NCBI GenBank assembly: GCA_951406725.2
Contig: OX597835.1
Coordinates: forward strand, 10,912,001 to 10,976,000
Length of the DNA stretch: 64,000 bases
From: Octopus vulgaris
Lineage: Eukaryota
Direction: 5' to 3'
How positions within the stretch are numbered: position 1 is the stretch's first letter; every line of letters starts with the position of its first letter. Below the pieces are notes generated by a model. That model was not told the origin of the DNA and did no database searches. It was given only the letters and a program-made list of their open reading frames with translations. The position numbers were made by a program, and so were the translations under genes. Shown in pieces: positions 27,051 through 40,534 of this stretch.

Positions 27051-27175
27051 GCCAGATTGGCATAGTCGTGTTGGCCTGTGTCTCTGGAGCCAGTGATCTG
27101 AGTTCGAATCCTGCTGGGACCTCACACCTGGATCGTCCGAGTGCACGCCAATGTACCCAGCTAGAAATGGGTACT
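27051..27175 (+). mobile_element. tRNA-Gln(CTG)-like SINE head, degenerate
   Basis: ctCTGgagccagtgatctgagttcgaatcc resembles the 3' half of tRNA-Gln, followed by gtacccagctagaaatgggtac. Confidence 0.5.
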
Positions 27176-27403
27176 TAACTCTTCTCAGGGCCTCAGCACA
27201 CGCCACAGCAGTGCTAGATACCAGGGAAACCAATACCACCTAAGGCATACTAAAACGGACATCAGGTGGACATCCGGGTGTCATGACTTGGAGGTGACCC
27301 GACCCCACTTGAGTGTCAAGAGTTAAGGAGTTAGCCTGTTGCAACAAATAATTAATTGCTTGTATATTCTAACTGATCAAGGGGTATCCATCAGTGGGTT
27401 ACA

Positions 27404-27725
27404 TAGTTCAAATTCCGCCAAGGTTGACTTTGCCTTTCATCCTTTCGGGGTCAATAAAATAAGTACCAGTTACACACTGGGGTTGATATAATTGATTTAA
27501 TCCGTTTGTCTGTCCTTGTTTGTCCCTTCTGTGTTTAGCCCCCTGTAGGTAGTAAAGAAATAGATATTTCGTGTGCGCTGCCGAGGTCGACTTTGCCTTT
27601 CATACTTTCGGGATGATCAAATAGGAACAAGTTATGCACAGGGGTCGATGTAATCGACTTAATCCCTTTGTCTGTCCTTGTTTGTACCCTCTGTGTTTAA
27701 CCCCTTGTGGGTAGTAAAGAAATAT
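27404..27725 (+). mobile_element. Family A SINE tandem bodies
   Basis: Two consecutive family A bodies. Confidence 0.8.
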
Positions 27726-28330
27726 CTATTCTCTGTGGGGTCATTGGAGACAGGACTGGGACACTTCTGTGATTTAGCGTAGTAAGCAAACCAAGTCATT
27801 ACAGGGGATGAAATCAGGGGGGTAATGAGTACTGTTTGCAGGGGGTTTACTTGCAGCACTGACTATTCGCCATCCAAACCATACACACCATGAGACTATC
27901 TAAATTTATTTGAATATTTTTCTATAAAAGCAATATCTAACAAATAATTGATTAATATGCCGATATATCATTCCATGAACATCACTTTTCCATTTATACG
28001 ATTCCATTTGGTTCTTCTTTTACATTTTTATGGCATTTTCTTAACATTTCGTCTTTATGTTATTTCTTATAAAATCATTTGCTGATTCTTCTTTTAGATT
28101 CTTCTTCTTCTTCTTCTTCTTCTTCTTCTTCGTCCTCCTCCTTCTTCTTCTTCTTCTTCTTCTTCTTCTTCTTCTTCTTCTTCTTCTTCTTCTCCTTCTT
28201 CTTCTTCTTCTTCTTCTTCTTCTTCTTCTTCTTCTTCAACAACAAAACCTGGTATATTTGGTCAAAAACAAAAATTTCCTTTGCTTATGTATGTCCATTG
28301 ATGTCAACATATCTATATACGTGTATGTGT

Positions 28331-28385
<55 letters not shown>

Positions 28386-28414
28386 TATATGTTGTGTCTA
28401 TGTATACTTTCTTA

Positions 28415-28450
<36 letters not shown>

Positions 28451-28755
28451 TATGCATATGTGATTGTATGTTCATTATTTTCTGTTTACATCGTTATACA
28501 AGAAACAAAATTATTCATTTACAACTCATTCATTGAGTCAATATATGCACCCACTTCTATACATGTATATCTGGTATGTGTGTATACACTCCTTAACCAA
28601 TATATTAATGTATACATATTGTTTGTGTGTGTATGTTTGTGTGTGTGTATATATATATACATATATATGCAACTACCTCGATAAATAATTATGTCACTTG
28701 TATAAGCATATCTATATTGATATAAATGTATTTGGTGTATGTATGCACCTATCTA

Positions 28756-28801
<46 letters not shown>

Positions 28802-28934
28802 TGTATGTATGTGTGTGTTGTGTATGTATGTGCATCCACTGGTATATGTATATAAGATATGTATATGTATATATATTTATATATATATTGTGCATGTATA
28901 TATGTGTCTACTTCAATGAATATGTATAAATATA

Positions 28935-28981
<47 letters not shown>

Positions 28982-28994
28982 ATATATATATATG

Positions 28995-29071
<77 letters not shown>

Positions 29072-29208
29072 GTGTGTGTGTGTATATATATAAAACATAT
29101 GTGTGTGTGTGTATATATATATATGTATGTATATATATAATATATATGTTTATATAATATATATATAATATATATGTATATATATATATAATATATATGT
29201 ATATATAG

Positions 29209-29244
<36 letters not shown>

Positions 29245-29385
29245 TGAGGTGAATGTATGTGTTTGTGGAGTGTGTAAATGTATATATATAAAACATGTGT
29301 GTGTGTGTATATATATATGTATGTATATATATAATATATATGTTTATATATATATATGTATATATATAATATATATGTATACATA

Positions 29386-29454
<69 letters not shown>

Positions 29455-30341
29455 TATGAGGTGAATGTATGTGTCTGTGGAGTGTGTAAATGTTTTGCTA
29501 AACAACCAGGGTATGTTTGTGTTTGGGGTGACAGAGTTGAAATAAGCTGTGTTGTATGTGGAGTGAGAGAAGGAGGAATTTTAAAAATACTATGTTTTCA
29601 CCAAATAATATTCTCTGCTATTTCATCATTTCAATATAACTTGAAAGACATTCTGTTGCCTCCATATGGTTATTAACCATACTTTCATTGGAATTGCGTT
29701 CAATATTTTGTTACTTTTTCTTTTTCTATAATTCTATTAATTTGTTTATTTATTTATTTATTTAACTAATTATTTATTTCTGCTAAATATTTCTTTCTTT
29801 CCTTTTTCTTTATTTTATTTTATTTTTTTTTTTTTTTTTTTTTTTTTACCTTTTCAAACTCTGCAACTTCATATATAACTTCCTGGAAAAGTTAAAAAAA
29901 AAAAACAAGAACAAATCAAAAAATAATAAGTAACTTAAGCAAATTATCAGCAGCAATAATAAACAAAAAATAAATTAAAAAATAAGAAAGAAAAAACAAA
30001 AATTAGCTGCAAATTGCCATTTACCCTATTTGGTATAAAACCTCCTTGCTGTGTCTTGATAATGGGGTAATGTTTCCAACCATTTATGTCACCTCTAATC
30101 TTTTGTAAAATACCATGTTCCCATTGGTTTGCTTACCGTTTTTTTGCAGAAAGCCTAATTTGAATGTATATATACACACGTGTGTGTATGCGTGTGTATA
30201 CTGTAATTCTAAGGTATAGTTTGGTCTGACACTCTTTTAATATCCATTCTGAATGAGAAATCTGTTAAAGGTACATATGGCTGTGGAATTGTCACATTCT
30301 TGTGTGTGTATATGAATATATATGTATATATATATATGTAT

Positions 30342-30384
<43 letters not shown>

Positions 30385-30389
<5 letters not shown>

Positions 30390-30696
30390 CGTGATCACCG
30401 TGACCGACCAGAGCATCAGATGTTGCTACACATCGCTGGTCACAATGCGCTTCGCATTATTTTAGCCTTCAAATGACACCACCCCGCTGGCTAAGCAAGC
30501 AGGCCAACAGAAGAAAGAGTGAGAGAAAGTTGTGGCAAAAGAGTACAGCAGGGATGGCCACCACCCCCTGCTGGAGCCTCGAGGAACTTTAGGCGTCTTC
30601 GCTCAATAAACACTCACAACGCCCAGTCTAGGAATCGAAACCGTGATTCTACAACTGCCATTCTGCTGCCCTAACCACTTGGCCATTGTGCTTCCA
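30385..30696 (-). mobile_element. SINE with family C head/body and a different 3' tail
   Basis: 30520-30696 aligns to the family C 5' half. 30385-30515 is an unrelated tail ending in (CACGGTGAT)2. Confidence 0.75.
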
Positions 30697-30835
30697 CATA
30701 TATGTATATTTATATATATATATATGTATATTTATATATAGTTAATCCAAACAAGAAAACACAATAAAACACAGCAACGTGAGGATGTGGAAGAAATATA
30801 GTATTATTGGACGCTCAGGAAAGAAGGGAAGGAGG

Positions 30836-30870
30836 GTTTAACGTTTCGAGCGGAGCTCTTCGTCGGAAAC
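30836..30870 (-). ncRNA. Minimal hammerhead motif (CCGACGA core), same family as 9505
   Basis: gttt-CCGACGA-a-gagc(tcc)gctc-GAAA-cg-TT-aaac. Confidence 0.6.
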
Positions 30871-30962
30871 AAAGGAGAAGGAAAGATCCTGAGAAGGGAA
30901 GACAGAGGAAAAAAAAATTGCTGGCGGTGCTCACGAGGTCACATATTTATATATATATATAT

Positions 30963-31183
30963 ACTCTTTACTCTTTTACTCTTACTTGTTTCAGTCAATT
31001 TGACTGCGGCCATGCTGGAGCACCGCCTTTAGTCGGGCAAATCGACCCCGGGACTTATTCTTTGTAAGCCCAGTACTTATTCTATCGGTCTCTTTTTTTT
31101 GCCGAACCGCTAAGTGACGGGGACATAAACACACCAGCATCGGTTGTCAAGCAATGCTAGGGGGACAAACACAGACACACAAA

Positions 31184-31229
<46 letters not shown>

Positions 31230-31393
31230 GATACGACATGCTTCTTTCAGTTTCCGTCTACCAAATCCACTCACAAGGCATTGGTCAGCCCGGGGCTATA
31301 GCAGAAGACACTTGCCCAAGATGCCACGCAGTGGGACTGAACCCGGAACCATGTGGTTGGTTAGCAAGCTACTTACCACACAGTCACTCCTGA
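30963..31393 (-). mobile_element. Family B SINE
   Basis: Matches the family B consensus. Confidence 0.85.
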
Positions 31394-31777
31394 TATAAAG
31401 ACAAATTTTTTTATCTATTTGTATATGGTTATTATTTCACGTCTGACCAATGACTTTACTCAGAAACCGGGATCTGTTGAGTTACTCGTATGATTCAGGA
31501 ATGACACCTCAGACTGTTTTCCAAGTTAGACTCTTTTCACTGTGTCCTCTTCACTGAAGATCTGGATGGGCTGATGGTTCTTGCTGTTTGACCACATACC
31601 ACGTGGTCATGGCTGATGCGAAGGAATCTCGCAGAGATGGGGACCAACTAAGACTCAAATTGACGGACAGGTCACCCAGGAATCTACCAACAAACGGCGA
31701 ATGCAGCAACGTGCTGCAATGCCATATGCCCCTCACCTAACCTAAACTACCTATATATATATTAATATTTCGCATTG

Positions 31778-32041
31778 ACTGGCCTCCGTGCTGGTGGCAC
31801 ATAAAAAACACCATCCGATCGTGGCCGTTCGCCAGCCTTGTCTGGCACCTGTGTCGGTGGCACATAAAATCACCCACTACACTCTCGGAGTGGTTGGCGT
31901 TAGGAAGGGCATCCAGCTGTAGAAACACTGCCAGATCTGACTGGCCTGGTGCAGCCTTCTGGCTTCCCAGACCCCAGTTGAACCATCCAACCCATGCTAG
32001 CATGGAAAACGGACGTTAAACGATGATGATGATGATGATGA
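31778..32041 (+). mobile_element. SINE/LINE-tail family D ending in (GAT)n
   Basis: tggttggcgttaggaagggcatccagctgtagaaac...gcatggaaaacggacgttaaacgatgatgat. Related copies at ~8370, 24122, 26020, 33663, 35108, 36775, 46735, 54330 and 58978. Confidence 0.8.
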
Positions 32042-33216
32042 TAATATGTAACAATTATTCGGTTGCCATAATAAAACTCCGAGTCTCAGATGTTGGAAAC
32101 TCGGAGTTTTATTATGGCAACCAAATAATTGTCACATATTATATTACAAATAAATTCCTCTATTTACAAACTATCACGGTCTCTTTCATTCTTTTGTTGT
32201 CATACCATTACTGTTAATATATATATATATATATGTATATATATATTTTATGTATCTTTTTATATATATATATATATGTTTTTATATATGTATATATATA
32301 TTAAGAATAATAAGATAGTCAGATTGTTGGATGGTTGTATATATTTTTATTACATTTTATTGCTTTCATTATCAGATTTATCAAAAAACTGGTTTACAGT
32401 ATACTTTACTGTTTACTATATTGAAGATAGAGAAGAGAAAAAAAAGTAGGAGCGTTTTGGTGGTTTGCAGAGGAAGGGAAACGAAACTCTTTTAGTGACC
32501 TTTCGGGTGGGAAAGGAAAGGATTTTTTTGTATTCAAGAGGTCAAGGTTTTTTTAATTGGAAGGCCAAATGTTGTTTTTGATTTTTTCCAATTAAAATTA
32601 TAATTACATTTCAAGGTCTTTTATTTTTTAATTCTCTTGTATTCATTAATGTAAGGGAGAGAGAATGTTTGTATGGATGTTGTCACTTTTTTTTTTTCTG
32701 GCAATGTTTTTGAAAGAGTGATTTTAAAGTATGATTTTAAACACAAATAAGTAAGATTTGAAATACAACCTGAAAAAATGTTTAAGATTGGAAAAGTGTT
32801 TCTCAATTATAAATATGATCTGAATTTAAAAAAAAAAAACATAAATATACTCTGCGTTCCTTGAATTTTCCTTTTCCACATATTTATGATATTTAAAAAA
32901 AAAAATTCAGATCATATTTATAATTGAGAAACACTTTCCCATCCTTAAACATTTTTTCAGGTTGTATTTCAAATCATACCTATTTGTATTTAAAACCCTA
33001 CTTTAAAATCACTCTTTCAAAAACATAACCATACACCGCTAAATCAAAAACAATGTAAGAGAATGGTGGAAATGTAAATAAAAATATATATAAACATTCA
33101 ACAATCTCAGTACCTAATTTATTCTCAATATACAATATCTGTACGTCACTTCAAAAACTCTCTTCATACACACACATATATATATATATATAAACATACA
33201 TATATATATATATACG

Positions 33217-33443
33217 TGCGAGCTGGCAGAAACGTTAGCACTCCGGGCGAAATGCGTAGCCGTATTTCGTCTGACGTTACATTCTGAGTTCAAATTCCGC
33301 CGAGGTCGACTTTGCCTTTCATCCTTTCGGGGTTGATAAATTAAGTACCAGTTATGCACTGGGGTCGATGTAATCGAATTAATACCTTTGTCTGTCCTTG
33401 TTTGTCCCCTCTATGTTTAGCCCCTTGTGGGTAATAAAGGAAT
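33217..33443 (+). mobile_element. Family A SINE
   Basis: Near full-length match to the other family A copies. Confidence 0.85.
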
Positions 33444-33464
33444 ATATATCTATCTATCTATCTA

Positions 33465-33543
<79 letters not shown>

Positions 33544-33630
33544 GTACATACATATATATATATATACATATATATACATGCATACATACATACATACATA
33601 CAAACATATATATATATATATACATGCATG

Positions 33631-33662
<32 letters not shown>

Positions 33663-33987
33663 ATCGTCATCACCATCACTGTTTAATGTTCATTTTCCAT
33701 GCTGGCATGGGTTGGAAAGTTTAACAGAAGCTGTCCAGACTCTAATTATCTGTTGTGGTAGGGTTTCTTTGGCTCTTCCAAATGCCAACCACTTTACAAA
33801 GTGTGCTGAGTGCTTTTTATGTGCCGCCATCAATTATGCAGCACCGGCACGAGAGCATCTTAGGTGGCACCGACACCTGCAGAGGACATTCCTGTACGCA
33901 TGAATGACCATGATATTACTTAGCTTGACACATCTGCTCAAGTACAGCAAATTGTTACAACTCCCAAGTCCTTGTCATTTCCTCAAT

Positions 33988-34220
33988 AAGGTGGCGAGCT
34001 GGCAGAAACGTTAGCACGCCTGGCGAAATGCTAAGCAGTATTTCGTCCGTCGTTACGTTCTGAGTTCAAATTCCGCCGAGGTCGACTTTGCCTTCCATCC
34101 TTTCGGGGTCGATAAATAAAGTACCAGTTTCGCACTGAGGTTGATGTAATCGACTTAATCAATTTGTCTGTCCTTGTTTGTCCCCTCTGTGTCTAGCTCC
34201 TTGTGCGTAGTAAAGAAATA
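33988..34220 (+). mobile_element. Family A SINE, full length
   Basis: Full head, body and A-rich tail. Confidence 0.85.
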
Positions 34221-34457
34221 TATATGAAGACATGTTGGTAAAACAGTGCTTCTCTAAATAGAAACCTTACCTGTCGTTGTGGTTTTGTGGCATGAGGCAC
34301 AGTTTGTTCCCTTTGCCGAAAGGTTTGCAAGGCACCAGCGGGCCTCAAGAGACACACATTGGTCCTTAGAACACAACACTTTATTTCACTGAACTCTCAT
34401 TTGTTGTTCGTGACGAATGACGAGAGAGTTATCTATGTATGTATGTATGTATGTATA

Positions 34458-34750
34458 GGTGAAGGTGAGTGGCTTAGTGGTTAGGGAATTTGACTCACAA
34501 TCGTAAGGTCATGAGTTCAATTCCCAGCGACGCTTTATGTCCTTGAGCAAGACACTTTATTTCATGTTGCTCCAGTCCACTCAACTGACAAAAATGAAGA
34601 GTAAGTACCTGTATTTCAAAGGGCCGGCCTCGTCACGCTCTGTGTCCCACTGAATCTTGCTGAGAACTACTTTAAGGGTACACGTGTCTGTGGAGTGCTG
34701 AGCCATCCACACATTAATTTCATGAGCAAGCTGTTTCGTTGATCATATCA
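34458..34750 (+). mobile_element. Chimeric SINE: family E head plus family C tail
   Basis: 34458-34598 matches the 13432 head and central domain. From gtacctgtatttcaaagggccggcc (34605) onward it matches the family C 3' half. Confidence 0.75.
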
Positions 34751-34751
34751 G

Positions 34752-34794
<43 letters not shown>

Positions 34795-35107
34795 AAGAAA
34801 AGACTATTTGCCAACATAAAGTGGCTGTTCTGGATGGGGAATGTTGTTTCCAGCTGGCTATACAATGCAATATCTGTGTCCTTATATTTTCAAACAGGGA
34901 AATATAAGGACACAGATATTGTGTCATATAACCAGCTGGAAATGACATTTCTTGGGGTTAAACAACAGTAAGAATCATTCCATCCAGGACAGTCACATTA
35001 TGTTAGCAAATAGCCTTTACTTTAAAGAACTGTTACTGAATGTCTCTCTTTGAGAGATTTAGAAATAATAATATGTATACCTATGTGTATGTGTGTGCGT
35101 GTGTATA

Positions 35108-35483
35108 TCATCATCATCATCATCGTTTAGCGTCCGTTCTCCATGCTAGCATGGGTTGGACGGTTCAACTGGGGTCTGTGAAGCCAGAAAGCTGCACCAG
35201 GCCCAGTCTGATCTGGCAATGTTTCTACGGCTGGATGCCCTTCCTAACGCCAACCACTCCGTAAGTGTAGTGGGTGCTTTTTACGTGTCACCGGCATAGG
35301 TGCCAGATGAGGCTGGCAAACGGCTACGATTGGATGGTGCTTTTTATGTGCCACCAGCACAGAGGCCAGTCAGAGCAGCGCTGGCAATGGCTACGTTTGG
35401 ATGGTTTTCTTACATGACCCCGGCACTGGTATCACAGCTACAATTTCCATTGATGTTGATCGATTTCGATTTTGATTTTGATT
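35108..35483 (-). mobile_element. Family D element
   Basis: Reverse-complement copy including internal ~60-66-bp repeats. Confidence 0.8.
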
Positions 35484-35778
35484 CTGTATATATATATATA
35501 TATATCGAAACACTTGGCATACAATTATGGGTTTCTTTCAGTTTTCACCTACAAAATCCATTCACAAAGAAGCTTTGATCAGGCCAAAGCATTAGTCAGA
35601 AGATGCTTTCCCAATGTACCATGTAGTGGAACCGAACCCAGAACTATGTGGTCGCAAAGCAAACTTCTTTCTACACAACCATGCCTGCACTTAGGTTTGT
35701 AAACATCTGAACCTTATAGCAGAAGAAAATTTCATCTTTCCAAAGTACTGGTCCCAGTTTGATATATATATATATATT

Positions 35779-35821
<43 letters not shown>

Positions 35822-36219
35822 GAATGTATATATGTAGTAGAAATAGAAAGTCCTTGGTACAGTACTTTGGAAAGATGAAATTTTCTTCTGCTATAAGGTT
35901 CAGATGTTTACAAACCTAGGTGCAGGCATGGTTGTGTAGTAAGAAGTTTGCTTTGCAACCACATAGTTCTGGGTTTGGTCCCACTACATGGTACCTTGGG
36001 AAAGCATCTTCTGACTAAAGCTTTGGCCTGATCAAAGCTTCTTTGTGAATGGATTTTGTAGGTGAAAACTGAAAGAAACCCATACTTGTATGCCAAGTGT
36101 TTCGATCTGTGATCATGCATTGAAAGTTTGAGATGCAGCAATTTTATATGTTGTGTGTCAATGAACAGGTTGCAGTTTCAAGCGACAAAGATTTGACATC
36201 ATATTCCTAATAAATAAAT

Positions 36220-36640
36220 AGGCGTAGGAGTGGCTGTGTGGTAAGTAGCTTGCTTACCAACCACATGGTTCCGGGTTCAGTCCCACTGTGTGGTACCTTG
36301 GGCAAGTGTCTTCTACTATAGCCTCGGGCCGACCAAAGCCTTGTGAGTGGATTTGGTAGAGGGAAACTGAAAGAAGCCCGTCGTATATATGTATATATAT
36401 ATATATATATGTATGTGTATGTATGTTTGTGTGTCTGTGTTTGTCCCCCCCAGCATCGCTTGACAACCGATGGTGGTGTGGTGTGTTTACGTCCCCGTAA
36501 CTTAGCAGTTCGGCAAAAGAGACCGATAGAATAAGTACTAGGCTTACAAAGAATAAGTCCTGGGGGTCGATTTGCTCGAGTATAGGCGTTGCTCCAGCAT
36601 GGCCACAATCAAATGACTGAAACAAGTAAAAGAGAGAGAG
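36220..36640 (+). mobile_element. Family B SINE
   Basis: Matches the family B consensus. Confidence 0.85.
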
Positions 36641-37222
36641 AGAGGGTAAAGAGTGAATGTCGAAGTGAAGGTGGTGCCTTTGTGTGTTTTTGAATGGCTG
36701 GCTTAATATCTTCCATATTGTCATCACATGTACACGCTTCAACAAGTTAGTCTTTTCTCATTCTTCAGCTGAGAATCATCATCATCATCATTATTTAGCG
36801 TCCGTTTTCCATGCTAGCATGGGTTGGACGGTTCAACTGGGGTCTGTGAAGCCAGAAGGCTGCATCAGGCCCCAGTCTGATCTGGCAGTGTTTCTACGGC
36901 TGGATGCCCTTCCTAACGCCAACCACTCCGCGAGTGTAGTGGGTGCTTTTTACGTGCCACCCGCGCAGAATATAGAAGTAAAAATGAAGACCAAAGATTT
37001 TTTGAAATACAACAAAGTTTATTTATTTAAACTGTGAGACTAAAGACCATAAATTTTTTTTCATATTCATTGTTCTTTCCCTCATTTTATTATCTTGCCA
37101 TAAACACATGTGAATATGTTCACCCAATGTCTTTGATAGGAAAGGTTGAAGAAAAACAGTACTTATAAATATGTGAACCTTCCATCTCTCTCTGCACACA
37201 TACACACACACACATAAACACA

Positions 37223-37432
37223 TGAAGGGCTGCTCAAAAGTTCCTGGCTTTGGGTAAACGAAAATACAGGAGGATCAGTTAATTAGGATTTTATTCAAAA
37301 TATTCCCCTCCTCTCAGATTCACACACTTATTGCATCGGTCCTTCAGTCGTCCTAGGACCTGTAAAAGTTTGGGCCTTTAATCAGGTGTTTTGTGATGCC
37401 CTTAAAGCCAAGAACTTTTCAGCACCACCTTG
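37223..37432. mobile_element. mariner-type MITE
   Basis: Imperfect ~29-bp TIRs tgaagggctgctcaaaagttcctggcttt / aaagccaagaacttttcagcaccaccttg. Confidence 0.65.
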
Positions 37433-37674
37433 TGCATGTGTGTGTTGTGTCTATATAATATATACATATATATATATATGCCTATATAATATATATACAT
37501 ATATATATGTTTATATAGTAGATACATACATACACATATATATATATATATATATATATATGCATACATTTATATATATATATATATATATATGCATACA
37601 TTTATATATATATATACATATATATATATATGTATATATGTGTATATGTGTATATGTCTATAAATACGTCTATG

Positions 37675-37723
<49 letters not shown>

Positions 37724-37848
37724 AATACGTCTATGTAATATATATATATAAACTCATACATAGATATCTATATAAATCTATCTAACATTTAGGTACGTAT
37801 ATATATATGTATCTATATATATGTCTAGAAAATGTATATATAAGTCTA

Positions 37849-37899
<51 letters not shown>

Positions 37900-37986
37900 C
37901 ATACACAGATATCTATATAGGTCTATCTAACATTTAGGTATGTATATATATATATATATATACGTCTGGAAAATGTATATAAAAGT

Positions 37987-38038
<52 letters not shown>

Positions 38039-39553
38039 TATAATATATATATCTTATACATAGATAGCAATGTCTACCTGTTGATCTGTCTGTTACCATC
38101 TTGATGCCTACACAAGTGAACCAACCTTGACAAAACTTTGCATAAATGTTAAACTAACATCCAGTTCAAGTATAGGCTAATTGAATTTCAATAAAAATCT
38201 ATAATGGGCCCCCTATTGGGACTGGGCTATTATTTGATAAATTGAAAAGGGTGCAAAGAGTGTTAGTGTGAGGGAAATGTGGTGGCATAGTGAGTGTGGC
38301 TGATATCAGGGAAGAGGAGAACAGCTTTGTGTGACACATATGGAGTGGAAGTGGGATGGGAATGTTAATACAGCTGTTATTCATGGATTAACACGTTATG
38401 CTGTATATGGTCTTTCGTAAATACATAGATACCAGCATACACACACGAGTGCACACGCATATGCATACTACACACTCACACATGCACATAACTTTTAAAA
38501 CATCAAGGGAAGAAAGGAAAAGTGGGTGTGAGGAATATGTAGTTTTAAAGAGAGAGGAGATAAGTAGCTTTCCTGCTATCCATTACAAAGAATCACACAA
38601 ACACATGCACACACACATACATGTATTTATATATACATACGTACATACATGTCTACTATACACCATTTTAAACTCATGATTACCTGTGTATACATTTGTA
38701 AATGTGTGTGTGTGTGTGTATGTGTTTCACGTCCTATATTTGTTTTTCCCTCTACTTTTGTAGGGTTTTCCCTGTTGCTGTCACATATTGTGAGATTTTA
38801 AAATTACATTGAAATTTTCAGATTTGGTATATTGAAATAATTTTCTGTGTCAAATCTGATTTTGTTATTTATTTGTTCTAGAAAAATTGCAGAAAAATGT
38901 TACCGGGGTTTAAAGTTTAATCAATTTTACCTAATCTGAAAACAGGATTTGGAAGCTGGCATTTTCTGCATGTCTATCACGAAATGAAAGCAAAATCATT
39001 AGGAGGAGGAAATTTTATTGAATGAATGAAAGCAAAGCATTACTACGGCCAAAGTTGTAAGAACTTCTGAAGTTTTAATAAGTTTTAATGAATAGCGTCA
39101 TATGAAACAGTCGAACAGACGTGTAAATAATTTAAACAGGTAAAAGAATCCTCAATGAAGATTTTTTGTGAAAAATTGCACAAATCTGTTCTGATGAAGA
39201 GGCCTATCTGTTGGGGGAGGCATGGTCTGACATGGAATAAACATAGATTTATGTAAGATATTCTATTGTAAAAATCACATGGCAACAATGGGCTATTCAG
39301 CTAGTATATATATATATGTGTATATGTCTATATATTATACATATATACATACATATATTTATGTCTATAAGAAATTTACTTCCCAACCAAGTGGTTCCAG
39401 GTTCAGTCTCACTGCATGGCACCTTGTGCAAGTGTCTTCTACTGAAGCCTCAGATTGATCCAGGCCTTGTGGGTGGATTTGGTCCGTGCAAACAAAAAGA
39501 AGCCTCACACACACACGTGTGACTGGCTTGCACACAGTTCCTATCATCTAGAT

Positions 39554-39754
39554 TAGTGCTTTTCAAACTTTTTGCTGGAGCGGAACCCCAAGGAAACATT
39601 CCACTGGCTCGAGGAACCCCTGTGCAATAATTTAATTGTCTTATGCACACATATCTGCACAGGAGAATTAAAAATTACTGCCGATTTTAGCAGTTTTGTA
39701 ACTTCTTGCAGAACCCCTGGACTGTACTGGCAGAACCCTGGTTGAAAACCACTG
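39554..39754. mobile_element. hAT (Charlie-like) MITE
   Basis: TIRs TAGTGCTTTTCAAAC / GGTTGAAAACCACTG. 8-bp TSD ATCTAGAT / GTCTAGAT (NTCTAGAN target). Confidence 0.85.
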
Positions 39755-39770
39755 GTCTAGATTCTCTCTT

Positions 39771-39982
39771 ATTCAAACCGGCCATATCTGGCCAAAATAT
39801 TTAACCTGTTTTATATTGAAACTGACCAGATCTCACCTCTCACCTCAGCCCTACCATGTCATTCTAAAACTAAAAAAACCACATCACTGAAATCTCTAAA
39901 CTACAAGATAATACATGATTAATTCAAAACAATATAGTTAAACAAACATCACATTTGAGAGAATAATCTGAACACTAAAGGG
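39771..39982 (-). mobile_element. piggyBac-type MITE, one end truncated
   Basis: Reverse complement of 18584-18804, ending ...CACTAAAGGG|TTAA. Confidence 0.8.
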
Positions 39983-40254
39983 TTAAAGGTCTCAGTCAGT
40001 CCAGGGCTATAATAAATGTCAAGTTGCTTGGGACTGAACTTGGAAGCATGTGATTGACCAGCAATCTTCATAGCCAAACAACCATGCCCCCACCACCAAT
40101 GTCTTCCACTACTTCATGTTTATTTCCTTATAAAAACCGGTCTCAGTATTATCATGTTCATTTTTTCAGCTTAAAATATTCATGTAGACATTCTATTTCA
40201 TTCTTATTGAATGTCCCCAGCTGGTCCTTCTTTTAATACCTATGTCTTGTAATG

Positions 40255-40317
<63 letters not shown>

Positions 40318-40534
40318 TTGTTATTATTTGAAGATATAGTTTTATAAAATTGCCGTTTGAAATCATTGCATATGATGTATCATACACATACATGCCAACA
40401 TCCACTTACGTATTAATCGGTATTTGTGGTTGTGTGTGTGACTATGTACACACACACACACACACATATAGACATACATACACACATGATTATATATAGT
40501 GAGATACACACACACACATATATACTTACATAAC

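Noticed and set aside
36207-36745. Recurrent peptides such as QIHSQGFGRPEAIVEDTCPR and FQSFDCGHAGAPPL
   Set aside because: Incidental reading frames of family B SINE copies.
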